A stretch of DNA of 64,000 nt from NCBI GenBank assembly GCA_036388595.1, contig DASVRN010000100.1, forward strand, positions 11,524-75,523, read 5' to 3'. Positions 55,609 to 64,000 of the stretch are shown piece by piece (positions within the stretch are counted from its first letter, which is position 1; each line of letters opens with the position of its first letter). The notes under the pieces are model-generated. The model was given only the letters and a program-made list of their open reading frames with translations, was not told the DNA's origin and ran no database searches. Source of the stretch: Chloroflexia bacterium. Its GTDB lineage: Bacteria; Chloroflexota; Chloroflexia; QHBQ01; JADMIH01. The position numbers and the translations under genes were made by a program.

Positions 55609-56027
55609 TAGCTAAACCCCGCACCGACGGCCTATACCGCACCGTCGAATCCAAGACGCTAGACACCGAGGGTGAGGAGGGCACGCCCTACTGGAACTAC
55701 CTGCGCTTCTACCCGGACGGCCACGTAATCAGCACCTCCACCACCGGCACGCCAGCGCAGATCGTCACGTGGTTCGCCCAGGAGGGTGTGAACGACACCT
55801 ACTTACCGATGGGTGACTACCGGGCTGATGGGCCTACCGTTAGCTTCACTACGCAAGCCAGGGCGGAGAACGTTGATAGAGACGGCTATGAGTACGAAAC
55901 AAGGGTGGACTACACGGTAACAATTCAGGACGAGAACGCTAATCTGCTACTGGTGACAACGCACAGTCACATCAACGGGCATGTGGGCACCGAGTTGTAC
56001 GAGTTCGTGAGCATGGAGGACAACTAG
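55596..56027 (+). CDS. hypothetical protein
   Basis: 143-aa ORF overlapping the previous gene by 13 nt. No family recognised. Confidence 0.4.
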   Translation: MQAMIAKPRTDGLYRTVESKTLDTEGEEGTPYWNYLRFYPDGHVISTSTTGTPAQIVTWFAQEGVNDTYLPMGDYRADGPTVSFTTQARAENVDRDGYEYETRVDYTVTIQDENANLLLVTTHSHINGHVGTELYEFVSMEDN

Positions 56028-56111
56028 AGGCACGACGGGCCTAGAATGCGAACAGCCCGGCTAGCTCAGATGGAGGGCGCAGCCGGGCTGTTTTCGCTTC
56101 AGCCAGTTAGA

Positions 56112-56639
56112 TTATGGCTTAGGGGCGTTGGGGTTCTTATTTTTGTTGCCCGGATGGTTGGGGTTGTTCTTGGGGCCGCCCGCCCAGGGTGGCTTACCGG
56201 GGCCACGTATCGTCTCGCCGTTGATGGTGTACACTTCCAGGCTGGGCACGGTCGATTGTGGCGGCTGGGCGGCTGGGTTGCCCTTGTTCTTGTTCTTGGC
56301 CTTCCCGAACGCCTTGCCCTTCTCGGCTTCGACCACGCCCGTCACCGTCACCTGCCGGCCCGCGTACTTATCGAGGGGGTACGCGCCATTGGCGTAATAC
56401 CAGGGCGGGCCGGCGGAGAGGCGATAAAGTGTCGCGCCGCTGCCGTTCTTGAGCAGGTAGCTCTTCTCGCCGCCTGCCGTTTCGACCACCAGCGTGCCGG
56501 TGGTGGTGATTACGTTTTCGGGGGCCTTGGGCGGCTTGGGTTTGTTGGGCTTGGCCTGGGCGCTCGAACCACTTACGAGCAGCGCCAGTACCACCAGGGT
56601 AGCACCAAACGCGGCCCAGAATCTGAATGTGCGTGACAT
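56112..56639 (-). CDS. small secreted Lys/Pro/Asn-rich protein
   Basis: Signal peptide ...LVSGSSAQA, then Lys/Pro-rich N- and C-terminal tails around a ~90-aa core. Confidence 0.5.
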   Translation of the reverse strand: MSRTFRFWAAFGATLVVLALLVSGSSAQAKPNKPKPPKAPENVITTTGTLVVETAGGEKSYLLKNGSGATLYRLSAGPPWYYANGAYPLDKYAGRQVTVTGVVEAEKGKAFGKAKNKNKGNPAAQPPQSTVPSLEVYTINGETIRGPGKPPWAGGPKNNPNHPGNKNKNPNAPKP

Positions 56640-56801
56640 GAACTCGGTTCTCCTTACAGTCTGCTACGCCCGCGTGACGAAAAGTATTGCTATTGTGATT
56701 GTATATGCAGCAGGCAGGCCGGGGAATAGCTCATTCGGGCTATGAAGCGCTGCCGGTTACGCGCCCACAGCAGCTTCATAGATAGAAGCAGGCCCCTACA
56801 G

Positions 56802-57140
56802 CTAAGGCATGTCACTCGTTCTAGACTGTTTCTGCCCCCTATGGAGCCTATAGATGAGGTAAGCCGAGAAGAATAGAACCACGATGAACGCGACGAATAC
56901 GGCAAGCACCGTTAATAGAGTAGTTATGGGGATGTAAGCAGTGCCAAAAGGTTTTAGCTCGACAAAGTTGTCGCTGCTGATCGAGCCAGAGCCACCAATA
57001 TGGATGTGCCACCCTTCCACAATGGTAGATGGTCTAAACGAAGAGTAGATGGAAATCTCGAACGCAGTAAGGAGCAAGATGAAGAGGAGGAACGTAACAC
57101 CGATACCTAAACGCTTTGCAAGTGTAGGGGATTTGCTCAT
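56802..57140 (-). CDS. small 2-TM membrane protein in AT-rich islet
   Basis: 112-aa ORF. The surrounding 56640-57340 is about 48% GC versus ~63% in the flanks. Confidence 0.4.
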   Translation of the reverse strand: MSKSPTLAKRLGIGVTFLLFILLLTAFEISIYSSFRPSTIVEGWHIHIGGSGSISSDNFVELKPFGTAYIPITTLLTVLAVFVAFIVVLFFSAYLIYRLHRGQKQSRTSDMP

Positions 57141-57341
57141 GTCAGGAACACCGCTGAATCAGGCGTAGTAAGCACTCGTCGTTTAGCCTATTTTACTACC
57201 ACTTACCTGTAGTGCCAAATAAAGAAAGATTACTCAAGATGGCAGATTCAGAAGTAAAGCAGTAGGCAAGGCTTCTCAGGATGCCCTTAATACCGGCTTG
57301 CACAGGCATATTACAGGACAAGCTGTAACACGCACTAGAGA

Positions 57342-57962
57342 TTATGCAGGCGGGTAGGGACAGTGTGCCCATATCAGCTTCATCGGCAGGAGCAGCCCGC
57401 GCCTGTTCTCCACCCGCTCGACCCGCAACCCTGCCTCACGAATAAGCTTCTCGGTATCCTGGTTCAATCTACATCCGCCCGCGAGCCTCGACCACACAGG
57501 GGCAAGCGCGTCCTGCATCTTCGCCTGCACGCGGTTCCCGGCCCTGACGTGTTCGAGGAAGCGGGCGGTAGCGCCGGGCTTTAGCACCCGCCTGACTTCG
57601 GCCAGCGCCGTGTGAGGGTCGGGGATGGTGCAGAGTGCCAGGTTACACACCAGTGCGTCGAAGGTGGCGTCGGGGAAGGGCAGGCGCATGGCATCGGCGG
57701 CCGCTACGACTACCCCGGCACGCGCCGATTTCGCCCTGCTGCTCAGGCGAGGCAGGCTGGCGGGGTCGAACTCGGTGGCGACCACCCGCGCGGCAGGCGA
57801 GTAATATCGCAGGCTCAGCCCGGTACCCGCCCCAATCTCCAGCACCAGGCCATCGAGCGGAGCTATTAGTTTACGCCTGCGCGGCCCAATGAAGAACATC
57901 TCCGGCGGCCCCTGTAGCGCCAGGTCGTAGAAGAATGGGTTGGTGGCTGGTGAAGTAGGCAT
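57342..57962 (-). CDS. class I SAM-dependent methyltransferase (Methyltransf_11-like)
   Basis: VLEIGAGTGLSLRYY and ...FDALVCNLAL.... Confidence 0.8.
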   Translation of the reverse strand: MPTSPATNPFFYDLALQGPPEMFFIGPRRRKLIAPLDGLVLEIGAGTGLSLRYYSPAARVVATEFDPASLPRLSSRAKSARAGVVVAAADAMRLPFPDATFDALVCNLALCTIPDPHTALAEVRRVLKPGATARFLEHVRAGNRVQAKMQDALAPVWSRLAGGCRLNQDTEKLIREAGLRVERVENRRGLLLPMKLIWAHCPYPPA

Positions 57963-57995
57963 CGGGAGACGACGGACGACGGACGATGGACGTTA
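57963..57995. repeat. (GACGACG/GGACGAT)n tandem array
   Basis: gacgacggacgacggacgatggacg lies directly upstream of the methyltransferase start. Confidence 0.6.
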
Positions 57996-58058
57996 GGAGT
58001 GAGGAAGACTGTGCAGTGGATTATACCCCTCCCCAGCAGAACCCCGCAGATGGTTCAT

Positions 58059-59696
58059 CTACCTGCCGTTGGGGTACTTCTGGTTGTATCTCAGGGTGCC
58101 TAGCTGGGTAAGCAACACGTCGTAGGGGCGGGGGTTCTCCGGGTGAGACTCGAATACAGAGCGCTCGAAATATTGCACCGTGTAGGTCTTGCCATCGATA
58201 TCCGACTTCTCCTGGAACGGCTCGCTGATGGGATAGCCCTGCTGAGCCAGCCCGCCGTTCTGCTGCCAGTACTCGAAGAACCGGCCGGACACCGTCTTGC
58301 CGGTCTCAGGGAAGGTGCGGGAGGTCTCCACGGTGGCGGCCTGGTCGGAAGGCTCCACCTTGAAGAAGCCCTTCATGGCCGAAGCGTGGTCCTGGAAGTG
58401 GCAGTGGTACATCCACATGCCGGGGCCAACCCCCTCACCCGCGATGACCATGAAGCCAAAGCTATCGCCGGGAGCCAGGATGTGGTTGTCTTCGCGCCCG
58501 CTGCTGGCGTTGGCCGGATTGGCGGGGTTGCCGTCGATGGGCCTGCTGGGAGTGACCCAGCGGTGGGCGTGCAGGTGGAACGTGTGCACTCGGTTGCCGT
58601 GCGAGATCACCAGGAACTCCACAAGCTCACCCTGGCGGGCCGTGGGCGTGGGAGTGTCGGGGTAGATGCGGCCGTTGAGTGTCCTGTCGTGGCCGACGAT
58701 GACGAACGTCCTGGCGGGGCGGACCTCCCCGGCCTTCCTGACGATGAGGCCGCCGTAGAGACCCACCAGGATGCCGGTGGAGCCTTCGTCGTCGCCCATC
58801 ACGTGGTCGTGGTAGTGCCAGTACCCGGCGGTACCGGCAGCCGCACGCCACTGGTAGGTGCGGGAAGCGCCCGGCTTCACGAACGAGCCGGAATGGCGGG
58901 TGCCATCGCTGTCCTGGTTATAGTGCACGCCGTGTACGTGCAGGCTGACATCGTCGCTCAGCTCGTTCTTTACGTTGATGTTCAGCGTCTCCCCTTCGGT
59001 CATTTCGATAGTGGGACGCATGCCGTTGTTGCCGAAGTCGGGGGCCACGAAGGCCATATTGCCGTCGGGCAGCTTGCGAGCGATAAGGTTGAGGCTGCCC
59101 TTGGGGTGGATCACCTGGTCGGGAAAGCTGGTTTGCGCGGCTACCGGGCCGGTACCTGCGAACATAAACGCTGGCATCAGCCCGACCACCACGGCGACGG
59201 GCAGAGCGATGCGAGCAAAGCGCCCCGGCACCGGCAAGCGCTCAAGTCTTCCGTTCTCTACGCGGTCCAGTGCCCCCAAGAGCAGGTCCACAACGTAGGC
59301 GTAGGCACCGGCAACGACCATAACCACGAGCACGTGCTGTAGCAGCGCGGCGGTGGAAACAGCGGTCGCGTCATGCGCGGGGTGACTATCGCCGGGGAAG
59401 AGGCCACGCAGCAACGTGCCCCCACTCATAGCGGCGGCATACAGGGCTGCCAGGCCGAGCCGATTGTTCTGCATGCCCCGGCCCGCGAGGAGCACCGCCA
59501 GGCACACGAACGGCAGTGACATTGCGCTGTCCCGCAGCCAGCCAAGCGTGCCGTAGTCTGCCTGTGTGTGTTCGAGGCCCGCCAGCACGGTCATGTGCAG
59601 CCACTGGATAAGGGCCACGCCGCCGAATGCCAGGAACACGATGCGTACGAACGTATTCTGGTTGAGGACCGAGGTTGAGGGGGCCGGAGCTTTCAA
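58059..59696 (-). CDS. membrane-anchored two-domain multicopper oxidase with C-terminal LGFP-like module
   Basis: 4-5 N-terminal TM helices. Copper ligand motifs LHVHGVHY, WHYHDH, HTFHLHAHRW and MYHCHFQDHASAM. C-terminal ...VSGRFFEYWQQNGGLAQQGYPISEP.... Confidence 0.75.
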   Translation of the reverse strand: MKAPAPSTSVLNQNTFVRIVFLAFGGVALIQWLHMTVLAGLEHTQADYGTLGWLRDSAMSLPFVCLAVLLAGRGMQNNRLGLAALYAAAMSGGTLLRGLFPGDSHPAHDATAVSTAALLQHVLVVMVVAGAYAYVVDLLLGALDRVENGRLERLPVPGRFARIALPVAVVVGLMPAFMFAGTGPVAAQTSFPDQVIHPKGSLNLIARKLPDGNMAFVAPDFGNNGMRPTIEMTEGETLNINVKNELSDDVSLHVHGVHYNQDSDGTRHSGSFVKPGASRTYQWRAAAGTAGYWHYHDHVMGDDEGSTGILVGLYGGLIVRKAGEVRPARTFVIVGHDRTLNGRIYPDTPTPTARQGELVEFLVISHGNRVHTFHLHAHRWVTPSRPIDGNPANPANASSGREDNHILAPGDSFGFMVIAGEGVGPGMWMYHCHFQDHASAMKGFFKVEPSDQAATVETSRTFPETGKTVSGRFFEYWQQNGGLAQQGYPISEPFQEKSDIDGKTYTVQYFERSVFESHPENPRPYDVLLTQLGTLRYNQKYPNGR

Positions 59697-59786
59697 AGGC
59701 TTACCTTTCTGAGTTTGTGCATATGGATCGGAGGCCGCGCTCTATAGGTAAAGCACAGCCTCCGACCCTCGTCATGTCAGACCTTG

Positions 59787-61145
59787 TTAGCTTATTCTAG
59801 CGGATTTCCTCATGCGGAGAGCGGTGCCGCCAGCAGCCAGCGCCAGCCCGAGGGCCAACAAACCATACAGCCAGCCTGCCGCGTCACCGCTGCCGGTGCG
59901 AGGCATGCCTACCGTGCCACCGGCACCCACCGTCACAAAGCCTGCCATGCCCTGCGAGTAGTGGATGGAGCAGATGTACTCGTACCGCCCCGGCTGGGTG
60001 AAGGTAAGCGAGTACTTTTCGACCACCGGGAAGGGTCCGCCTTCGGCCTGCGCGGCAGTACCGGGAGGCGTCAGGATGCCGGAGTTGTAGAAGCCGCTGC
60101 CCGTGTGAGCCGGTTGGCCGGTCGGCAGGAAGTTGATCAGGTTGAGCAACACCTGCGGCTGGCCGTCAGGCCCCGGCACGATATCCACTAACGTCGGCTC
60201 CGCACCGAATATGACGTTGTGAAACCCACCTACGGGATCGACCCACTCAATCGTATCGCCCACGTTGAGGTTTACTTCGTGAGGCGCAAAGCGCACGTAG
60301 GTGAGTGGGAACGCGGGGTCCTGGCTGCCGTAGCCAGCGAGCACGTGGTACGTCTTGGTGCCGCCTGCGTCGGTATGGGGCGACTTGACCGCGTTGCGGG
60401 CCTCAGCCTCAAGCTCAAGCGCCTTGGCTTCCTCGGCCTGCATCAGGGCGGCAACGTCCGCGTCGTACTGGGCCTGCGTCTTAGGGAGGGCGCTGCCTGG
60501 GGCCTGCACGACCACATTCTGCACCATGCCCCGGACCTGACCCGTCGGGTCTACGCCCGCGTGCAGGGTACATATGGCAAGGTAGGTACCTGCCTTCGGG
60601 AAGGACAGCGTGTAGGACTTGGGGCCGGGGGTATCGGCGGCGATTACGCCGGAGTTCACAAACTGCGAGCCGTCGTAAGAGTTACCGCCCTGCCGGTTCC
60701 AGAACTTGGGGTTGCCGGGGATCTGCGGGGGCGGGCCACCTGCACCGGGACCGCCCGGACCACCAGGAGGGCCACCGGGAGGGCCACCAGGAGGAGGTCC
60801 GCCTGCCTCACCACCCGGAGCACCTGGCGGCGGGCCTGCCACCTGCTCCGGGAACGGATCGGGGCCGAGGAACACAACATTATGGGGTTCATTGCCCGCG
60901 TTGAAGTTCCAGGTGATCGAGTCGCCCTGGTTGACGGTGATGGTCTCCGGGAAGAAGCGTATCGACTGCCAGGAGGCGGGCCGGCCTTGCTCCGTCTGTA
61001 TCGCGTTGCCGACCAATACCTTCCAGTTCGTGCCACCCGCGGGCTGGCTCGGCTGAGAGGCCGCGGCGGGACCCGCGCCCACGGTCAGGGCCAGCAGAGA
61101 GGCTGCGAGCACCGAAGAGTTGATTACTCTTAATTTTCGGGACAT
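59787..61145 (-). CDS. tandem-cupredoxin (type-1 blue copper) protein with Gly/Pro linker and C-terminal TM anchor
   Basis: Signal MSRKLRVINSSVLAASLLALTVGA. Two cupredoxin-like domains ending ...YLAICTLHAGVDPTGQVRGM... and ...YEYICSIHYSQGMAGF... (C-x2-H-x4-M). Start at ATG 61145. Confidence 0.7.
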   Translation of the reverse strand: MSRKLRVINSSVLAASLLALTVGAGPAAASQPSQPAGGTNWKVLVGNAIQTEQGRPASWQSIRFFPETITVNQGDSITWNFNAGNEPHNVVFLGPDPFPEQVAGPPPGAPGGEAGGPPPGGPPGGPPGGPGGPGAGGPPPQIPGNPKFWNRQGGNSYDGSQFVNSGVIAADTPGPKSYTLSFPKAGTYLAICTLHAGVDPTGQVRGMVQNVVVQAPGSALPKTQAQYDADVAALMQAEEAKALELEAEARNAVKSPHTDAGGTKTYHVLAGYGSQDPAFPLTYVRFAPHEVNLNVGDTIEWVDPVGGFHNVIFGAEPTLVDIVPGPDGQPQVLLNLINFLPTGQPAHTGSGFYNSGILTPPGTAAQAEGGPFPVVEKYSLTFTQPGRYEYICSIHYSQGMAGFVTVGAGGTVGMPRTGSGDAAGWLYGLLALGLALAAGGTALRMRKSARIS

Positions 61146-61837
61146 TACTTCCAATCCTCCACGAGATAACCAAGTAGTTGTTTTGCATTTTGCACGTGCA
61201 TTCTCAAGTTGTGCGAGCATAACGCCCTGTGTAGAGCGGAGAAACACCACCTCCTTGTCTAACGTCCTGCGCTCCCCCTGATTATTCAACCGAGTGCTAT
61301 TCACCATCCAGACCAAATGCTGTTCATTTTATGCTCAGCATGTGCGGACATAGGCGAGGCGTTCCGGCGTAATAATCAGCTGCCACATAGGGTATGACGT
61401 GGGAGCGCAAACAGCAAAATACTGGTTTGCGCCGATCTGATAGCAGTAGCGACACAGAGTGTAGCGCGAAGAGAAGGATATGTCAATATATTCTCGCCAT
61501 TTTTGCACAGCATCCCTGCTACACGGGTCACCGTTCCGCCACCTATATCTAACCACAAAAAGGCGGGTTTGGGGTCGCACAAAAACTCGCACAAGAAGCG
61601 ACACGCGTATGTGCCAAGCAGAAGATGCGGAGGGATTTGGGCTGTTATGGATGAGATTGACGGAAAACGTAGTGCGCGAGGGTTATCTTGTTACCGGCAA
61701 GAGCGGTGTCTCCCAGGAGCAAGGCATCCGCTACCTAGACAAGCAAGGCGATGCCACCAAAAGAACAAGGCCCAACAAGTGGCGTCTATTTCTGCTGTAT
61801 CCATGTGCGGTGAAACTGTTTAGCTCCATGCTCGTCC

Positions 61838-62098
61838 TCACGTCGTTGCACCTTCCTGTCCGGTGGTTTCATCATTGTTGAGAGTGGGGGACATCATCCT
61901 GACCAGCAGGCTCAGGAGGGTGGGCCAGTCGTTGAAGTTGCTGCCCTGGCCGCTCAGGACGTGCATCACCCGGCCGTGGAGTTGGTTCGTTCTGCTCTCC
62001 GGCGCATTCTGTTCTTCCATTCCGGTAGTGCCATCGGTCCACAGCCTCACCAGGAAAACCTGCGAGGTGTCGGGGTCTTGGCCTGGAACAGCGTCCAT
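61838..62098 (-). CDS. small hypothetical protein (86 aa)
   Basis: GGAGGT lies 5 nt upstream of the ATG at 62098, in a lower-GC region. No family recognised. Confidence 0.3.
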   Translation of the reverse strand: MDAVPGQDPDTSQVFLVRLWTDGTTGMEEQNAPESRTNQLHGRVMHVLSGQGSNFNDWPTLLSLLVRMMSPTLNNDETTGQEGATT

Positions 62099-62240
62099 TC
62101 TGTACCTCCGCGAGCAATATGCGTCGCCCATGCGTGCTGAGGGCCATCAACACGCACAGGCCCGCAGTTTCATTCTAGGAGTTATCGGGCTATAATGGGC
62201 GTTACAGAAACCGTACAAGAACCGTACAAGAGCAAGTGCG

Positions 62241-64000
62241 ATGGACCCCACGAAGCAGTTCGGCCTATGGCTAAGGGAGAAACGCAGAGCGCTCGATCTC
62301 ACGCAGCTTGAGCTTGCGGAGAAGGTCGGCTGCTCCGATTCGGCCATCCGCCTGATTGAAGCGGGGCAACGCAGACCCTCCCGCCAGGTAGCCGCATTGC
62401 TGGCCGTGCACCTGGGCATCCCATCTCACGAGCGTGACAGGTTCTTGAGTTGGGCGCGCGAGCCGCATGGCTCCGACGGGCATAGTGCCCAACCCACTCC
62501 ACAAGCCACGGAGTTAGGCGAGGTCCCCACCAACCTCAAGGAAGAGCCGACCCGCTTTATTGGCCGCACTGAGGAGATAGCGGCGATTGAGCGGCTTCTA
62601 CTGCACGGTAACATGCGGCTGCTCACCCTTACCGGACCTCCCGGCGTCGGTAAGACCCGGCTCGCGCTGTCAGTGGCGGCCAGGATACTCCATGGCCGCT
62701 CAGCGGTAGGCGTAGGAGAAGCGGCATCGCCCCAAGATGCTCCCCCCAGAGATTTCAGGGACGGGGTATTTTTCGTCGGGCTGGCGGCGATAAGCGACCC
62801 CGACCTTGTAGCGGCGGGCATCGCGCACGGAATCGGCCTTCGCGAGTCCACTACCACACCGTTCGAGCTGTTGAAGGGACACCTCAAGGGTAAGCGATTA
62901 CTCCTGGTGCTCGACAACTTCGAGCACGTGTTGGAGGCGGCCGCACTCATTTCCGGCTTGATGCCCGAAAGCCCCGGCGTCTGCTGGCTCGTCACCAGCC
63001 GGGAGCCACTGCGCGTGCGCGGCGAGCAGCAATTCGAGGTGCCCGCGCTGCCGTGGCCTGGTGAGGAAACTCTGCCCGTCGGGGAGATGCTGCAATACCC
63101 GGCCATCGCGCTCTTCGTGGAACGAGCGCAAGCGGTGGACGCGGGTTTCCGGCTCTCGGAGGAGAACGCCCCGGCTGTAGCCACCCTGTGCGAGGCCGTT
63201 GACGGGCTGCCGCTGGCGATAGAGTTGGTGGCGGCACGGGTCAAGTTGCTGCCCCCCGCGGCCATGTCGCAGAGGTTCAGGCCGGGGCATGGCGGCGCGT
63301 CGCTACCCCTCCTCTCCGGCGGGCACAGAGACTTGCCGGAGCGCCACCGTACGTTGCGCGGGGCTATCGGCTGGAGCTACGACCTGCTGAACAAGGAAGA
63401 GCGCGCGCTCTTCGCCAGGCTGGGGGTGTTCGCCGGGGGATACACGCTGCCTTCGGTGGAGGCGGTGTGCAACGCCAGGGGCGACCTGGATACGCCCATG
63501 CTCGATGGGTTGGCCTCGCTGCTCGATAAGAGCCTCGTCAAGCGCGAGGACGAATGGGGGGACGAGCCGCGTTATTCAATGCTCGCCACTATACGCGAGT
63601 ACGCGGCAGAGCGACTGGAGGAGAGCGGCGAAGCCGAAATGGTCAGAAGCTGGTACCTCGAATATTACCTGGCGCTGGCCCAGGCCGCACGTCCCCACCT
63701 GTTAAGTGCGGACCAGAGGGCCTGGCTGGCGAAACTGGACGCGGAACAGGCCAACGTCCGGTCGGCACTACGTTGGGCTATAGATGCGGGCAGGATAGAG
63801 GTAGCCGCTCGTATAGCAGTGGCGCTCCTTGCCTACTGGTACGTGCGGGGCAACATCAGCGAAGGGCGCGCCTGGCTGGAGGAGATTGCCGGACGTGACG
63901 AAATGCACTCGCTGCCTGTGAGCCTTCGGGCAGAGGTGACTGGTGCCGCAGGTGCCCTGGCGAGCGCCCAGTGCGACCTTCAGCCTGCAATACGGCTGCT
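62241..64000 (+). CDS. HTH(XRE)-NB-ARC STAND ATPase regulator, 3'-truncated by window edge
   Basis: Manual translation from ATG 62241 is open to the window end. It gives LTQLELAEKVGCSDSAIRLIEAGQRRP (HTH), Walker A LTGPPGVGKTRLAL, LLLVLDNFEH (Walker B) and VDGLPLAIELVAARV (GxP/NB-ARC motif). It is not in the ORF track because it has no stop codon. Confidence 0.75.
   Translation, partial: MDPTKQFGLWLREKRRALDLTQLELAEKVGCSDSAIRLIEAGQRRPSRQVAALLAVHLGIPSHERDRFLSWAREPHGSDGHSAQPTPQATELGEVPTNLKEEPTRFIGRTEEIAAIERLLLHGNMRLLTLTGPPGVGKTRLALSVAARILHGRSAVGVGEAASPQDAPPRDFRDGVFFVGLAAISDPDLVAAGIAHGIGLRESTTTPFELLKGHLKGKRLLLVLDNFEHVLEAAALISGLMPESPGVCWLVTSREPLRVRGEQQFEVPALPWPGEETLPVGEMLQYPAIALFVERAQAVDAGFRLSEENAPAVATLCEAVDGLPLAIELVAARVKLLPPAAMSQRFRPGHGGASLPLLSGGHRDLPERHRTLRGAIGWSYDLLNKEERALFARLGVFAGGYTLPSVEAVCNARGDLDTPMLDGLASLLDKSLVKREDEWGDEPRYSMLATIREYAAERLEESGEAEMVRSWYLEYYLALAQAARPHLLSADQRAWLAKLDAEQANVRSALRWAIDAGRIEVAARIAVALLAYWYVRGNISEGRAWLEEIAGRDEMHSLPVSLRAEVTGAAGALASAQCDLQPAIRL

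Noticed and set aside
61330-61700. Possible tRNA or other structured RNA in the low-GC spacer (stem gcgcaaac...gtttgcgc about 61395-61425)
   Set aside because: There is only a single hairpin with no cloverleaf, no anticodon-arm geometry and no conserved T-loop (GTTC) context. Left as an unassigned stem-loop.
62299-63290. Minus-strand ORFs (279, 130, 81 aa) at the window end
   Set aside because: They are antisense to the manually translated HTH-NB-ARC gene, which has Walker A, Walker B and GxP motifs in order.

Overview
This is a high-GC (roughly 62-64%) bacterial chromosomal window with dense coding on both strands. The phylum is uncertain; SLH-anchored surface proteins and gene content hint at a Chloroflexota-like terrabacterium. 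Housekeeping genes include lysS, greA, rmlD, moaA/moaE/moaD, gltX, gap-pgk-tpiA, a Ski2/HelY-like helicase and a DnaQ-exonuclease/DinG fusion. These are interleaved with accessory genes: a single-gene TIR-NB-ARC-TPR STAND NTPase insertion with AT-shifted codon usage; a second HTH-NB-ARC protein truncated at the window end; an orphan pair of DNA methyltransferases followed by an RHH/PIN module; and a DUF433/DUF5615 toxin-antitoxin-like pair beside a PD-(D/E)xK-like gene in a lower-GC islet. Further accessory content comprises an orphan MbtH-like protein, a membrane-anchored two-domain multicopper oxidase with a blue-copper protein, and an S-layer BNR beta-propeller protein. The most unusual sequence-level signal is in the intergenic DNA. 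At least nine copies of a ~150-bp MITE-like palindromic element show arm-specific compensatory variants. A second, pervasive family of hairpin elements has arms built from tandem heptamers (GGATTTT, GAATTAC, GAGGACT, GAAACGT, TTAGTTG/TAACCAC, GGACGAT, TTAATTC). Their reverse-complement partner lies tens to hundreds of bp away, the same arm sequences recur at several loci, and one half-arm is inserted in-frame in the dinG-like CDS. A recurring extended -10 promoter signature (TGTGCTATAAT / AATCGGTTATAAT) sits immediately outside several of these hairpins. No rRNA, tRNA, CRISPR array, transposase or integrase was recognised.
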